Part shown: positions 1-12,560 of the stretch, one piece after another
Layout: every line of letters starts with the position of its first letter
Position numbering within the stretch: the stretch's first letter is position 1
NCBI RefSeq assembly: GCF_009914755.1
Contig: NC_060936.1
Length of the DNA stretch: 64,000 nucleotides
Reading direction: 5' to 3' (one strand)
Origin: the human T2T-CHM13v2.0 reference genome, Homo sapiens
Made by a program: the position numbers and the translations under genes
The notes under the pieces: generated by a model
The model's input: the letters and a program-made list of their open reading frames with translations, nothing else
Databases searched by the model: none
What the model was told of the DNA's origin: nothing

Positions 1-958
1 GAAAAAAAGACCTAAAAGAGGGGGCCTGCCCTCCACCAACAAGGCAGCAAACCTTGCAGCCTGTGGGGCTTCACCATAGCACAAACCAAGCACCTTTACT
101 TGCAGCTCTCTAAGGGCCCAGATTTGAGTTTTGACTCAGAGAAGAGAGAGCAGAGGTCTCTAGAAATGCCTGTTGGGTTTGAAGAATGCTGATGACATTT
201 TTGCAACTATCCTTTATCATCTGTTTTCTGTACTTCCACCACTGGCTCCACCTTTTTCTTTCTGCAGTTCAAAATCGTTCTGTGAAATATCTCCTCCATT
301 TCAAATCTTGGCTCTTCACCACTCAGTTTAAGAGTAGCAAACACCTTGCAGCCTGAGGTTCCACCTTGAACATGGAGAACATTCAAACACAATATGGGGG
401 AGGAGGCGACCTGCGTGACTTTTAACATCCCCTTCATATCCTCCCACTGGGCGCATTTTAAGCGCCAGCGCTCACCACATCCGGCTGCCCCACCGCCCGC
501 GCCCGGAGCCCCAACATTCCCAGTCCTCTCCCTTCTCTCACTTCTAGGTCAACAAATATTTTAATAGGTCCTTTTGAACAGATGTGGCCTGTAGATGTAT
601 GCAATGACCCCATCGGAAATAATTTGGGGTGAAGGGGGAAGGCGACCTTCCTCTCCAGGAGAGCCTTTATTGTATAATCTCTAGTTAATGAGCCTCTCTC
701 TGGGCCTCAAACCGGGCGAGTTATTATCCGTGTCTGCAAGTCTGGAGAAGAGGCTAAGAAGCAAACCTCCTGGGTGTCCGGGACCACCGGCCTTAGCCTT
801 CTCCAAGCCCAGGGCAGGGCGAGAAGAACATGGCCCGGTTCCCCTCGGGGTCTCTGGCCCAGCTGCGGAGGGGGAAAGGTGATCGATCTTGCTGGGGGCC
901 ACCGCTAGCCCACCGCTTCCTGCCGCGACCTGCCGCGGCGGCCGGAGCCCGGGAGCTT

Positions 959-1023
959 CCCATTGGCTCACGGGCCGACGCCATGCAGTCTGGGGGGGCG
1001 TGGCCGGGCGGCGGGGCGTGGCC
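959..1023 (-). promoter_or_regulatory. NF-Y CCAAT box plus tandem Sp/KLF GC boxes
   Basis: ATTGG at 962-966 (AGCCAATGGG on minus); GGGGCGTGGCC occurs twice (995-1005, 1013-1023). Confidence 0.6.
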
Positions 1024-1042
1024 AGGCGGTGCGGGGAACTGC

Positions 1043-1145
1043 GGAGAGAGGAGAGGAGAGGAGAGGAGGGGAGGGGAGGGGAGAGGAGGGGAGAGGAGAG
1101 GAGGGGAGGGGAGGGCAGGGGCGGGGCGGGGCCGGGCGGCGGGGG
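1043..1145 (+). repeat. (GAGAG/GAGGG)n pentamer polypurine tract running into GC boxes
   Basis: Pure A/G from 1043 to 1115; 14 GAGRG units from 1046, followed by CAGGG GCGGG GCGGG in the same 5-nt phase. Confidence 0.95.
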
Positions 1146-3259
1146 CGCACACCCCAATCTCCCTAGCGCTGTGGGGGTGGCTGCAGCTCCCCGCGCGCTC
1201 CCTCCTTTGGGGGGGTTTCTGGGCTCGTGACTTTTTTTTAAATAAAGAATGAGCGGATGCCCGTGACAAGTTAATAGCTCTCGCCGCGCTCTAAAGTTAA
1301 GTTGTATCTCCTTCCCGCCGCGAGTCTCCTTCCACAGACCCGCCGGAGCTGCCGGGACGGGCGCTGCGCGGGACTGGGCGTTAGGTGCTCCCGGCTGGTT
1401 CCGGCGAGCAGCCCCCACCCCTCGCCCACGCTCGGGGTTAGAGACCCCAGCACCCCACGCAGACGGCCCGGGCTTAGACCTCTCCACGTCGCTGTGGCGC
1501 GCGCCCCGCCAACACCCCCACCCCACGCGCAGCCCGTGTCTTCTTTACCCCCGCGCACTTAACGCAGGGCGCACGCACGCATCCCGGCCCCCTCACACTC
1601 ACACTGCGTCTTCTGTCACACCCCCTGTCGCACACACACTGTTCTCTGACTCCCACCATCTCCTGTCTCACACCCACTCCAGTTTCGTGTTGAGCGGCCG
1701 CCAGTTCTCCCTCGGTCGCGCCGGCGCACGCTCGTCCCCTTCTGCCCCGGAGCCCGCCCGCGCCGCACGGTGGCCCCTTGCGCTGGCCTGATCGTGGGAA
1801 CCAGGCGGGGCCCCAGCGTCCCTGCCCCTGCCCGGTCATCCATCTCCCTCCCGGTCGGCCAGCCGAGACTTCAAAGGCGCCTCCTCCGGCCGGGCCTGCC
1901 AAACCCCGACGCAGCCTGGATGTGGGCCGGGGGCGCTCCCCGGCGGGGGGAGGCCGGGCCAGGGCGCGTCTGGGGCCGGCTCCGTCCTTAGTGCGGCGGC
2001 GGCGGACTCCAGAGCTGACCGCGGGGCCACCCCCGCCGCGGCCGGGCCACGCGCGGGCCACCCGGGAGCTTCTACCAGCCCAGCGAGCACGCGCCGGCGG
2101 GAGGGGGGCCTCATTTTCATGGCAAGGGAAATCCGGATAAGGATGGACTCCTTTCGGAGGAGAATGGGAACGCGCTAGTCCTGGTGCCTGACCCTCTCTC
2201 CTAAAGAAAATGAGTCTCCCCTGGAGCTTAAGCCATATTTCCTTCGCCTCCTTTCCTCCTTCCCATTCGGACACCCCTAATTGACAGGCTCTAATCCTCG
2301 GATCAGAACTACTTCTGCCTGGAAGATTTGGCCGGCTTTTCCTTTTCTCTCAGCGTTCCTGCAAAGCCAATTCGTTCTGAGCTGCACTGATGGCGGGCTG
2401 AGGGAGGAGGGCTACTTCCAACTTCTGGCACCACCTGGGTGGTCGCCGTAACCGAGTGATTCCTTTACAGCTATTTATAATCCTTAACTTTATGAAGGTT
2501 CTTTTGCTTAGAAGAGTTAAAGAAGGTTTAAGTATTCTATTTTGGCACTGATGTGGGGCATAGTCACTGAATGATATTTATCTATATTCAACTAGACTAT
2601 GAATTTTTTGAGCATAGGGGTGTGTTAGTTCGCAGGCCGCAGATTCTAGCATAGGGCATGGCAAATAAATTGTAGCTGTGCAATCAATTATGTTGAATTC
2701 AAATGAACCAGCTTTTTGCATGGAGCTTTCCAAACACTTTATCATACTTAAAAATGTTATGTAAAGCTTTCCAAGAAGGAAGGAAAACAGAAGGAGAAAA
2801 AGAAACGGAGGATGCAAGAAGGAATCCCAGAATCATTTCAGATCCTTTGAAAGAAAGAGGTTAGATTTAAATCTCAAAGCTAAACCAGACAGATCTGCAT
2901 ATCTGAGAACACAGAAGCCCTAAAACCAATATTAAACATCATCTCAAGTTCATAGTGTTTTCCTGGCTAACAATGCTAGCTTCTCTTAATGTAAGTCTCT
3001 AACTTTAAATTGTCCTTATTACTTTTTCTGTCGTGTCTTGAGCTATGAACACAAGGCTAGACTGGACACAGATTGTTCAAATCTAGAAATTGGCAACTTA
3101 AGATTTTTATCTGTTAGCCAGCTTTTATCCCATTTAAAGGAAAGGAAGGAGTTAGCATAACCATATTAACTGTTTAGAAAAATTGGTGGCAGTATGGAGG
3201 ATTCAGTAAAGTGCCTCCAGAGTAACCCGTGGCGGGACATCAATGAGCATTAATATCCT

Positions 3260-5280
3260 TCTGTAGATCATCTACAATGTAGACAAATGTTTTCATCCAA
3301 CAATACATTTTTGAGACACATCCATTTTGAGACGTGTAGGGATATACCATTGAATGAATATACCAGAATGTATTTATTCATTCTCCCATAGGGACATTTA
3401 GTAGGCCTTTTTTTTTTTTTTCTACTAAAAATAATGTAGTGACATCTTTGTGGTGGTGGTCCCCTTGTTTGCAGATGAAAGTGTTTTCTCTTACTTTTGT
3501 CCCTAGAAATGAAATTGCTGGGTTGTAGGGTTACATACTTTCATCTTTACTAGATATCAATCACCAAACTATTCTTCCAAGTGGTTGTAACAGTTTATTC
3601 TCTTAGCAGTATGTCAGCCACCTGCTTTCCCCTCATCCCCAGCAATACTTGGCATTGAGAGGTGACAGCATGCTGGCAGTCCACACAGCCCTCGCTCGCT
3701 CTCGGCGCCTCCTCTGCCTGGGCTCCCACTTTGGCTGCACTTGAGGAGCCCTTCAGCCCGCCGCTGCACTGTGGGAGCCCCTTTCTGGGCTGGCCAAGGC
3801 CGGAGCCGGCTCCCTCAGCTTGCGGGGAGGTGTGGAGGGAGAGGCGCAGGGGGCAACCGGGGCTGTGCACGGTGCTTGCGGGCCAGCACGAGTTCCGGGT
3901 GGGCGTGGGCTCACGGGCCCCGCACTAGGAGCAGCTGGCTGGCCCCGCAGGCCCCGGGTAGTGAGGGGCTTAGCACCTGGGCCAGCAGCTGCTGTGCTCA
4001 ATTTCTCGCCGGGCCTTAGCTGCCTTCCTGCGGGGCAGGACTCAGGACCTGCAGCCCGCCATGCCTGAGCCTCCCCCACCTCCATGGGCTCCTGTGCAGC
4101 CCGAGCCTCCCCAGCGAGTGCCGCCCCCAGCCCTACGGCGCCCAGTCCCATCGACCACCCAAAGGCTGAGGAGTGTGGGCGCACCGTGCGGGATTGGCAG
4201 GCAGCTCCACTTGTGGCCCTGTGCGGGATCCACTGGGTGAAGCCAGCTGGGCTCCTGAGTCTGGTGGGGACTTGGAGAACCTTTATGTCTAGCTAAGGGA
4301 TTGTGAATACACCAATCAGCACTTTGTATCTAGTTCAAGGTTTGTAAACACACCAATCAGAACCCTGTGTCTAGCTCAGGGTTTGTGAATGCACCAATCG
4401 ACACTGTATCCAGCTACTCTGGTGGGGACTTGGAGAATCTTTATGTCTAGCTAAGGGATTGTGAATACACCAATCAGCATTCTGTATCTAGCTCAAGGTT
4501 TGTAAAGACACCAATCAGCACCCTGTGTCTAGCTCAGGGTTTGTGAATGCACCAATTCACACTCTGTATCTAGCTACTCTGGTGGGGACTTGGAGAACCT
4601 TTGTGTTGACACTCTGTATCTAGCTAATCTAGTGGGGATGTGGAGAACCTTTGTGTCTAGCTCAGGGACTGTAAACGCACCAATCAGCACCTTGTCAAAA
4701 CAGACCACTCCGCTCTCTGTAAAATGGACCAATCAACAGGATGTGGGTGGGGCCAGATAAGAGAATAAAAGCAGGCTGCGGCAGCCAGCAGTGGCAACCC
4801 GCTGGCGTCCCGTTCAACACTGTGGAAGCTTTGTTCTTTCGCTCTTTGCGATAACTCTTGCTGTTGCTCACTCTTTAGGTCCACATTGCCTTTATGAGCT
4901 GTAATACTCACTGCGAAGGTCTGCAGCTTCACTCCTGAAGCCAGCGAGACCACGAACCCACCGGGAGAAATGAACAACTCCACACGCGCGGCCTTAAGAG
5001 CTGTAACACTCACGGCAAAGGTCCGCAGCTTCACTCCTGAGCTAGCGAGACCACGAACCCACCAGAAGGAAGAAACTCCGAACACATCCGAACATCAGAA
5101 GGAACAAACTCCAGACGCGCCACCTTAAGAGCTGTAACACTCACCGCGAGGGTCCGCGGCTTCATTCTTGAAGTCAGTGAGACCAAAAACCCACCAATTC
5201 CGGACACAGTATTAGCCGACTTTCCCATTTTCCCCCAGTTTCATGAATATGAAGTGGATGGTACATCACTGTAATTTACT
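3260..5280 (-). mobile_element. Old L1M (L1ME-like) 3' fragment interrupted by the LTR12
   Basis: Left part (..ataccattgaatgaatataccag..ccccagcaatacttggcat) and right part (tagccgacttttcccatttt..gaagtgg) join into an antisense L1 3'-region-like sequence. Confidence 0.6.
3656..5208 (+). mobile_element. LTR12C-type solo LTR (HERV9/ERV9), full length
   Basis: Starts TGAGAGGTGACAGCATGCTGGCAGTCC, ends CCAATTCCGGACACA; 4-bp TSD GCAT/GTAT (1 mismatch); tandem CCAAT/TATCTA repeats at 4250-4735; AATAAAA at 4764-4770; three U5 repeats GAGCTGTAAYACTCAC. Confidence 0.95.
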
Positions 5281-5343
5281 CTTTCCTAGAATTTTACCTT
5301 TTCCCTGAATTTTACTTATTCAAGGCTTTTAAAATTCTCTAAA

Positions 5344-5390
5344 CCAGTATTGTTCAATAGAACTTTCTTGCCAGGGTGGAAATGTTCTCC
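5344..5390 (+). mobile_element. MER3-like hAT-Charlie end fragment
   Basis: CAGTATTGTTCAATAGAACTTTCT..GGAAATGTTCT resembles the recalled MER3 terminus. Confidence 0.5.
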
Positions 5391-5419
5391 CTTTGATGGG
5401 TTTCTTTCCACTTTAGTGA

Positions 5420-5895
5420 GTCCTCTAAACTGCCATCCATTTTCCTACAAAGGAAATCTGATCATGTCAACTAAACTTTAAAATGTGACAAAACTGGAAA
5501 AAGTTTAGATTATCTGTGGTTTATTTATTGCCTACAGGCTGCACCAAATTATAAAGCTTGGACCACAAGGGTTTTATATCCAGCTCTGCTCTGTATTTCC
5601 ACCTTTATCTCCAGGCTCTGAATCCCACATGCTCTGTGCTGAACTTCTTACTCAAAAAACACCATATCCCAGCTCTCTGAACCTTGTACTTGCAGGCCTC
5701 TCTCCTTGGTTTGCATTTTTTCTTCCCTCACTTGCTACTCATGCTTCTTTCCTAGCATGCCTCCTCTACCAGAATGAGCTTCATGGGGATGAAAGACTTT
5801 TCTTATTCATTTTTGTATCCCTAGTATCCACCCTGGTGCAAGCAAAATAGCTGGGGTGCAATATTTGTTGAACGCGTGCATGAATGAGTGAGCGA
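5420..5895 (+). mobile_element. L2 LINE 3' fragment
   Basis: Ends in tttgtatcccta..aatatttgttgaa..tgaatgagtg, a typical L2 3' tail. Confidence 0.6.
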
Positions 5896-6109
5896 AGTGT
5901 ACTACCAAAAAAAATGGCTGAAGGAGAAAAATATAGAATACAGTAAATAACTCTAAAACAACAGCCTTCTATCAACCATAGGCTATAGGTAATTCAAAAT
6001 AGGTAATTCTTATATTAAACTGTATTCTTTTCCACTGACCTTTTAATTTATTATGGGTTAGTATTATTCCTCCTAGTTAACAAAGAAAAACTTTCCCAAA
6101 ACCTGTCAC

Positions 6110-6590
6110 TGAAGAATGCTTCAGCTACAAGAAGCAGAGAAACAAAATCAAAAGAACAAGCACGTAAAACCTGATGACCAGTAGCTTAAACAAACATTTT
6201 TTTTTTTTTCCAATTCATAAGAAGCCTGAGGAGACTGCAACTGGGACAGACTGTGGCATCTCTGCTAAGCTCTGACCTTTTCCTTCCTGTCACAGAGCTG
6301 CTGCTGCTCCTGACAGATCCATATTGAATGAAGAGGAGAAAGAAGGAACAATGCCAGCTTGACTATCCCTTATGAAAGCAAAAATGTTCCCACAACACCC
6401 CATCACAGCAGACTTCTTATAATTTTATTGGCCAAAATTGGGTAAATGGCCACTCCTAGCATCCAAGGAGGTACAGATGACCTTCACAGTTATGAGCCAA
6501 TGAATGGGACGCATTGCCAGCACAAGGCAAAGAGGGTTTTGTTAGTGAGGAAGAAAGGCTAATAGTGGATAGTTAGCAAAGCATCTTCCA
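6110..6590 (-). mobile_element. Old MLT1 (MaLR) LTR
   Basis: cagctacaagaagcaga..gcttaaacaaa and ttattggccaaaattgggtaaatggccactcctagc motifs of antisense MLT1J/K/L. Confidence 0.55.
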
Positions 6591-7541
6591 TAAAACAAGA
6601 CCCAGCATTTAAAACGTTAAAACCAAATATCTGGTCTAATCTCATGTTTTAGCCACTCCCATTCCACCTCCCAGAAGGCATAGAGGCCTGAAGACTTAAA
6701 ATGTCCCAAGATGTACTATAGGACTTTCGGGCTTTTGACTTGCAGACCCTGTTTCCCTTTAACAAGAAGAAAAAAAAAAATAGGGGGTGGGGGAACTAAA
6801 AATAGGCATAGTGAAAAGGAGGAATTATAAAATTGGATTCAAGAAGTTGCCTCTATACCAGGGCTGCTACTTCAGATTGCTTGAATTGGGTCCTTCTTAC
6901 TGTGACCCACTGCTCACAGAACTGGACATTCAGCGTTTACCTTTCTAAGACATCACAGTGCACACAAATCAAGGAGACAGACAGCAATGCTGCAGCAGGG
7001 CAGGAGGAACATGGAATTAGGCTGAAGGGTAAACATCAGGGTTCACCATCGATCTATCTATTTATTTCAAGTGCCGTGACTGGATCCCTGAATGCAAAAT
7101 ATTTGGGTCAGATCCTGGAGTAAATAAGGCATTAATTGGCAGCAGCTTAGATGACTAAAGTGGAGAGAAATGTATGAAAGGTAGATTATAAATACACTAT
7201 ATCCTTTTTGTATGTTGCTGACAGTGCTGGCAAGGTAATACAATTTTAGGATAATGAAAAGGGATAAAATAAGAACATTATTTCTTGATAATTTCCAAGA
7301 AGATATGAACCACTTGTTGTATATATGTCCTATATGCCTCACGTGAACTTCCTACCTTTTCAGTTTCTCCAAATTTTATCTCCTTTTTAAGTCTCTGCAA
7401 TTTACTACTACAACTCATTTGTTCATTCATCTTTTAACAAGTAACTCAAGTTCCATTTGAGCAAGTTCCTAGCACCATAAACAAACCAACTCTGGAGAGT
7501 GAATTTGGAAGAATGGAGGACACTGTCTGCTGGATAAATAG

Positions 7542-7915
7542 TGTTACGGACTGCATGTTTGTAATCTCCCAAAATTCATATGTTGAAACTTTAGCCCCCA
7601 GAGGAATGGTAGTAAGACATGGTGTCTTTGGCAGGTAATTAGGTTTAAATGAGATCATGAAGGTGGAGTCCTCATAATAGGATTAGTATACTTATAAGGA
7701 GAGAAACAGACTAGCACTTGCAATCTCTGCCATGTGAGGACACAGCAAAAATACGTCTGTCTGCAAACCAGGAAGAAGGGACTCACCAAGAACCCAACCA
7801 TGAAGCACCCTGATCTTGAACTTCCAGCCTCTAGAACTGTGAAAAGTAAATATTTGTTGTTTAAGCCACCCAGTCTATGGTATTTCTGTTATAGCAGCCC
7901 TGATTGACTAAAATA
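7542..7915 (+). mobile_element. MLT1A/B (MaLR) solo LTR
   Basis: TGTTACGGACTG..cccaaaattcatatgttgaa..aagccacccagtctatggtattt; perfect 5-bp TSD AATAG (7537-7541, 7916-7920). Confidence 0.85.
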
Positions 7916-7995
7916 AATAGGGATTTTTAAAAAATGGCTACATTTGCTTATGAATGAATTGATAATTACTTTCCCTCCATATTTTCAATTGTACG

Positions 7996-7996
<1 letters not shown>

Positions 7997-8026
<30 letters not shown>

Positions 8027-8113
8027 TTTTTGAGATAGATATTTTTCCTCCCTTTGTTGCCCAGGCAGGTCTCAAACTTCTGGGCTTAAGTGATCCTCCC
8101 ACCTCTCAAATGT
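7997..8113 (-). mobile_element. FLAM/Alu monomer with (TTTA)n tail
   Basis: gttgcccaggcaggtctcaaacttctgggcttaagtgatcctcccacct preceded by (TTTA)n. Confidence 0.75.
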
Positions 8114-8202
8114 ACTTTAAAATAAGCATATAGTTAACTTTAAAGGAAGACGACTTGTTCCAGTCTCCCTACAACTGAACATGCAAATTGTCTCCCATGT
8201 AA

Positions 8203-8436
<234 letters not shown>

Positions 8437-8439
8437 TTA

Positions 8440-9210
8440 CTAAGCATTCAAAGTACACAAAGAAGGAAAATGTGACCCATAATCAAAGAAAAATAAGTAG
8501 TCAATAGAAGTAAATATTGAGATGACACAGATGTTAGAATTAGATGACAGTGACTTTGTAGCAGCTATTAAAAATACATTCAAGGACTTCAGGAAATGAT
8601 AGACGTAATGAGTGAATAGATGGGAATTTTCAACAGAGAATTGGTAATAAGTAAAGAAACAAATGGAAGTTCTAGAACTGAAAACTGTAATATCTGAAAT
8701 GAAACATTCATTGGGTGGGCTTAACAGCAAATTGGAGACTACAGAACAGAGGTCCAGATCAATAGAAGTTATTTATTCTGTAATACAAAGAGAAACAACA
8801 ATTTTTTAAAAAATGAACAAGGGTTCTATGAGTACTAGCAAAATGCCAAGCAGCATAACATATATGTTGGAGTGTCAGAAAGAGAAAAGAAAAAGAATGG
8901 AGCAGAAAAAAATATTTGAGAAAAATAATAACCCAGATTTTCCCAAATTTGGTTAAAAAAAACATGAAAGCAAACCTCTAAAATTGCCTAAAAAATCCAA
9001 AAAGGTCTGCAAACCACAAACAAGATAAATACCAGCAAAACCACATTTTAGCACATCATAGTCAAACTGCTAAAAACCAAAGATAAAGAGAAAAGTCCGT
9101 AAACAGAGGAAAAAAGAAAAATTATACACAGGAGAATGATGATACAAACCATGGCTGACCTCTCATCAGATACAATGGAGGCTGAAAATGAGTAGAGATT
9201 ACTTTTATAA
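8440..9210 (+). mobile_element. Old L1M ORF1-region fragment
   Basis: A-rich; ggaaaatgtgacccataatcaa..gagatgacacagatgttagaatta..cacatcatagtcaaactgctaaaaaccaaagataaagagaaaa typical of L1 ORF1. Confidence 0.75.
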
Positions 9211-9674
9211 AATGGAGAATAGAGGAAATGAGGAAAAGGAAGAAAATAAGAACAATGGTGGGCAACAAAACAGGAAGCAAACTTCTAAGATCCTGGAAGT
9301 GGATTTGAGGGTGTCTTGTAGAAGCAACTTGGTGGCTCTGTCTAACCTAGAGAATATAAATGAAGTATCACATATGAAACCCTACCTCAAGGATCTTACA
9401 GTGTCACTGTAGTGTTTGATTAGGTGTAATAAGATCAAAGAAAGAAGGGACAGAGATAAGCTGGAGGCTTCCGTAGGGAAAGCTGAAAGGGAGATAGGTT
9501 GGAGGAGAGATAAAAGTATGCTTGAAGAGGAATCAGATCTGCATAGAGGTGACACACCAGAACAGGGGACCAGCACTAGCAAAGGTGGCAGAATGGGCAT
9601 AATATCTTCAGGAACCTGACCCACATGGAAGTGGGCAGGTAGGAGGCAGTGAAAAGGGTAGGGACGATCATGAC

Positions 9675-10022
<348 letters not shown>

Positions 10023-10044
10023 TAGGTAATATAGGATCGGGATT

Positions 10045-10275
10045 AAATGTTGCTGCTCTGAAGTCAGGTTGCCTGGGTTCAAAGCCTCTCTTGGCCCTTT
10101 ACTAGCAAGCGGCTGGAAGAAGTTACTTAACCTCTGGAGTTTTTCAGTTTCTTTACTTGTAAATAGGTAATAAAACTGTGTCATAGAGGTGTAGTGAGAA
10201 TTGGATATAAAAAATGTATGTAACACTCTTAGAACCATGTCTGGAATATAGTAAATGTTCAGTATACTGAACATT
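10045..10275 (+). mobile_element. MIR
   Basis: gctctgaagtcag..cctgggttcaaa..aagttacttaacctct..cagtttc core. Confidence 0.7.
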
Positions 10276-10709
10276 TGCTGTTATTTTTAAATTGGGTTCT
10301 CAATAAATATTTGTTGACTTATTATTGGAGGGATTGGTGGTATCAGCTGAAGCAAAGTGGTTGTTTCAAAGAAGGGCAAAAATACATTTAAGTCACCTGG
10401 GATATAGGAAAGTCAACCCACAAAAAAGGAAGCTACTTCTGGAGTAGTCTTGTCACCTGTCATCAGTTGTCTTCGGATGGTGTAGATGAGACATGCAAAG
10501 CAACAACATTTCATTGGAGGAGAAGGTTGAATGTGCTGATTTCAGGAGAGAAAATCCTTAAAGAAGGGAGGCCTTAAACTTGTCTGCAACCAGGTCATGT
10601 GATTTTTTAACATCATCTGAAATATGCCTGTATAAGCCCAGATTTGTTGCTTAGCAGAGTCACCTCTAAGGAAAAAAATAAACTCTCACAGTCTGTGCAA
10701 ATGAAGACA

Positions 10710-11005
10710 TTTATTTATTTAGGAGATGGGGTCTTGCACTGTCAACCAGACTGGATTGCAATGGCACCATCACAGCTCACTGCAGCCTGGGCCTCTTGAG
10801 CTCAAGGGATCCTCCTGCTTCAGCCTCTGGAGTAGCTAGGAGCACAGTTATGTGCCACCACACCCAGCTACTTTTTAAAATTTTTTGTAGAGACAATATC
10901 TCCCTCTATTGCCCAGGCTGGTCTCAAACTCCTGGGCTCAAGCAATCCTCCCACCTTGGCCTCACAAATTGTTGGGATTATAGGTGGGAACCATTGCGCG
11001 CAGTC
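10710..11005 (-). mobile_element. AluJ
   Basis: Antisense dimer; TSD CAAATGAAGAC (10698-10708, 11007-11017). Confidence 0.9.
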
Positions 11006-11033
11006 TCAAATGAAGACTTGAAAACTAAAATCA

Positions 11034-11735
<702 letters not shown>

Positions 11736-12057
11736 AATTTCATACACTTTTTTGGGAGACAACAAATATCCCCCCTTGAATAAATATTTTCTAATCATAG
11801 GCTTCATGTGAAAGTTCAAAGGACTTTCTACCCCTCATAATTGCAGGATTCACTCATCTTCAAGCTCCGCATTGTTAGTAGTAGTCTCTCCAAAGCAGTG
11901 TCCTTCTGGATGAACTTAACGGATGATTTTAGCAAAGATCTCTATGCTAAAATCCATGACATCCACCATCCAAAGAAGAACTTGAACCAGGGAAGAGCGC
12001 TTGTCTCTCAAGTGATCGCCATATTATATTAATAGAAAGATTAGCTTGTACTTTTGA

Positions 12058-12414
<357 letters not shown>

Positions 12415-12510
12415 GTTTTTACCTCTTTTCCACATATTTATCCTTCTACATAGAAATTCATGGTCAGGAAATACCAGAATTTTTGGTACATTCTGGAAGT
12501 GCCACAACTG

Positions 12511-12560
12511 ACATGAAAGGTAAACTACATGAAAGGTAAATTCACAACATGAAAGGTAAA
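12511..12560 (+). repeat. Three exact copies of ACATGAAAGGTAAA
   Basis: Copies at 12511-12524, 12527-12540 and 12547-12560. Confidence 0.95.

Larger units (their letters stand above)
700..2200. promoter_or_regulatory. CpG island, likely promoter of an unidentified gene (probably transcribed on the minus strand)
   Basis: Very high GC content and dense CpG over ~1.5 kb against AT-rich flanks; many GGGCGG/GGGCGTGG boxes; no repeat consensus recognised. Direction is inferred from the CCAAT/GC box layout and the absence of exons to the right. Confidence 0.9.

Noticed and set aside
207-437. 76-aa minus-strand ORF
   Set aside because: No recognisable homology or exon structure; cannot be supported.
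681-2274. Long GC-rich ORFs (281 aa, 266 aa and others) as coding exons
   Set aside because: Overlapping ORFs in many frames with Pro/Gly/Arg/Ala low-complexity content, as expected from stop-codon scarcity in a CpG island; no recognisable domain.
4250-5200. Regularly spaced repeats resembling a CRISPR-like array
   Set aside because: These are the known internal U3/U5 tandem repeats of LTR12; spacers are not unique and the DNA is eukaryotic.
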